Of a stretch of DNA of 32,000 nt, positions 31,386 through 32,000 are shown one piece after another. The first letter of the stretch is position 1, and each line of letters starts with the position of its first letter. Where the stretch lies: NCBI RefSeq assembly GCF_020885515.1, contig NZ_AP024987.1, forward strand, positions 1,260,001 through 1,292,000, given 5' to 3'. The notes beneath the pieces are model-generated. The model ran no database searches and was not told where the DNA came from. It worked only from the letters and a program-made list of their open reading frames with translations. The stretch comes from a cyanobacterium endosymbiont of Braarudosphaera bigelowii. GTDB taxonomy: Bacteria; Cyanobacteriota; Cyanobacteriia; Cyanobacteriales; Microcystaceae. Made by a program: the position numbers and the translations under genes.

Positions 31386-31551
31386 GATTATAAGATCAGA
31401 GTTAATCAAAAGTAAATATTTTTTCTGAATAAATTAATAAAAACAAATTTTAAAGAGAAGTTGTTCTAAAAGTAGAATCCTAAAATTTAATATTTTTACT
31501 AACAAATATGAATAGAAGTTAGATTAGATGAGAATATTTATTTTTTTTAAT

Positions 31552-31598
31552 AAAGAAGAAGTCCAAGACTTTCCATGTTTCGTCTTGGCTTCTTCTTT
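31552..31598. terminator. Strong bidirectional terminator-like hairpin between the RNase gene and the convergent right-edge ORF
   Basis: AAAGAAGAAG-t-CCAAGAC (31552-31569) pairs with GTCTTGG-CTTCTTCTTT (31582-31598): 17 bp with one bulged T, 12-nt loop, T-rich on both outgoing sides. Confidence 0.75.
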
Positions 31599-31698
31599 TA
31601 GTTTACTCTTCACACCATCTATTAGTGTATATGAAAAATTTGCTCTTAAAGTATTATTTAAGTCTTTTTTAATTTTAGAGGTAAGTATAAAATGTATT

Positions 31699-32000
31699 TC
31701 AAGGTTTATTGAAACATACCTTTTGCAATAAACCTTGTGTAATAACTATTAGACCTAGCCTTGCTTGAGATTTTTCTATACTTTTTGATTTTTTAAAAGG
31801 AAAAATACGACAAGAACGTTCAAACTCTAATAGATAATAGCTAAGTATTAATGTTTGCTTGATATTATCTTTTTCAGACTTATTCACTTGAGAATCTAAT
31901 ACTGTGAAAATTTGGGAAATTAACTGTCTTTCTGTATAAGAATTTAATAGCAGTTGTTTAAGCTCTATATCATATGAAAAAATATAATCCTTATTCTTAA
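31699..32000 (-). CDS. Partial CDS (C-terminal part) of a conserved-looking protein of unknown function; start lies past the right edge
   Basis: Reading frame is open from 32000 to the stop at 31699: ...KNKDYIFSYDIELKQLLLNSYTERQLISQIFTVLDSQVNKSEKDNIKQTLILSYYLLEFERSCRIFPFKKSKSIEKSQARLGLIVITQGLLQKVCFNKP. The ORF-track start at 31887 is an internal GTG. Confidence 0.55.
   Translation of the reverse strand, partial: KNKDYIFSYDIELKQLLLNSYTERQLISQIFTVLDSQVNKSEKDNIKQTLILSYYLLEFERSCRIFPFKKSKSIEKSQARLGLIVITQGLLQKVCFNKP

Noticed and set aside
31528-31731. Plus-strand 67-aa ORF between the RNase gene and the right-edge ORF
   Set aside because: It runs through both arms of the terminator-like hairpin and has a Phe/Ser/Leu-rich non-globular composition.

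Overview
This is an AT-rich cyanobacterial chromosome segment of mostly housekeeping genes. The protein sequences look Crocosphaera/Cyanothece-like. The low GC, long AT-rich gaps and signs of gene decay suggest a reduced, host-associated lineage such as UCYN-A (Candidatus Atelocyanobacterium thalassa), but that assignment is inference and I could not check it. Recognisable content: a PxcA/CemA-like fragment at the left edge, a UvrD/Rep-like helicase-family protein, rpsU, ftn2/zipN, pdhA, Ycf51-like, cobH, cobL, cysC, a truncated PspA/IM30 paralogue, cysE, lepB, lnt, a small exported Cys-rich protein, DUF2993-like and DUF3067-like proteins, murF, murE, a 7/8-Fe ferredoxin, a GT-C-like membrane protein, chlL, chlN, a short 2Fe-2S ferredoxin, cobQ, an Npun_F0494-like protein, a Bcp/PrxQ peroxiredoxin, rpmG, rpsR, an RNase II/R family protein, and a partial ORF at the right edge. 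I found no tRNA, rRNA, CRISPR, transposase or phage features, and no convincing new multi-gene system. The best leads are: (1) the PspA-like ORF is cut by a TAG, yet a PspA-type C-terminal tail continues in frame after it; (2) a predicted exported protein carries a three-fold C-x5-P-x2-[LY]-x2-C repeat; (3) several near-perfect long hairpins and inverted repeats lie between genes; (4) a hairpin plus T8 sits in the 522-nt gap upstream of chlL; (5) there is a possible Npun_F0494-cobQ-2Fe2S ferredoxin operon.
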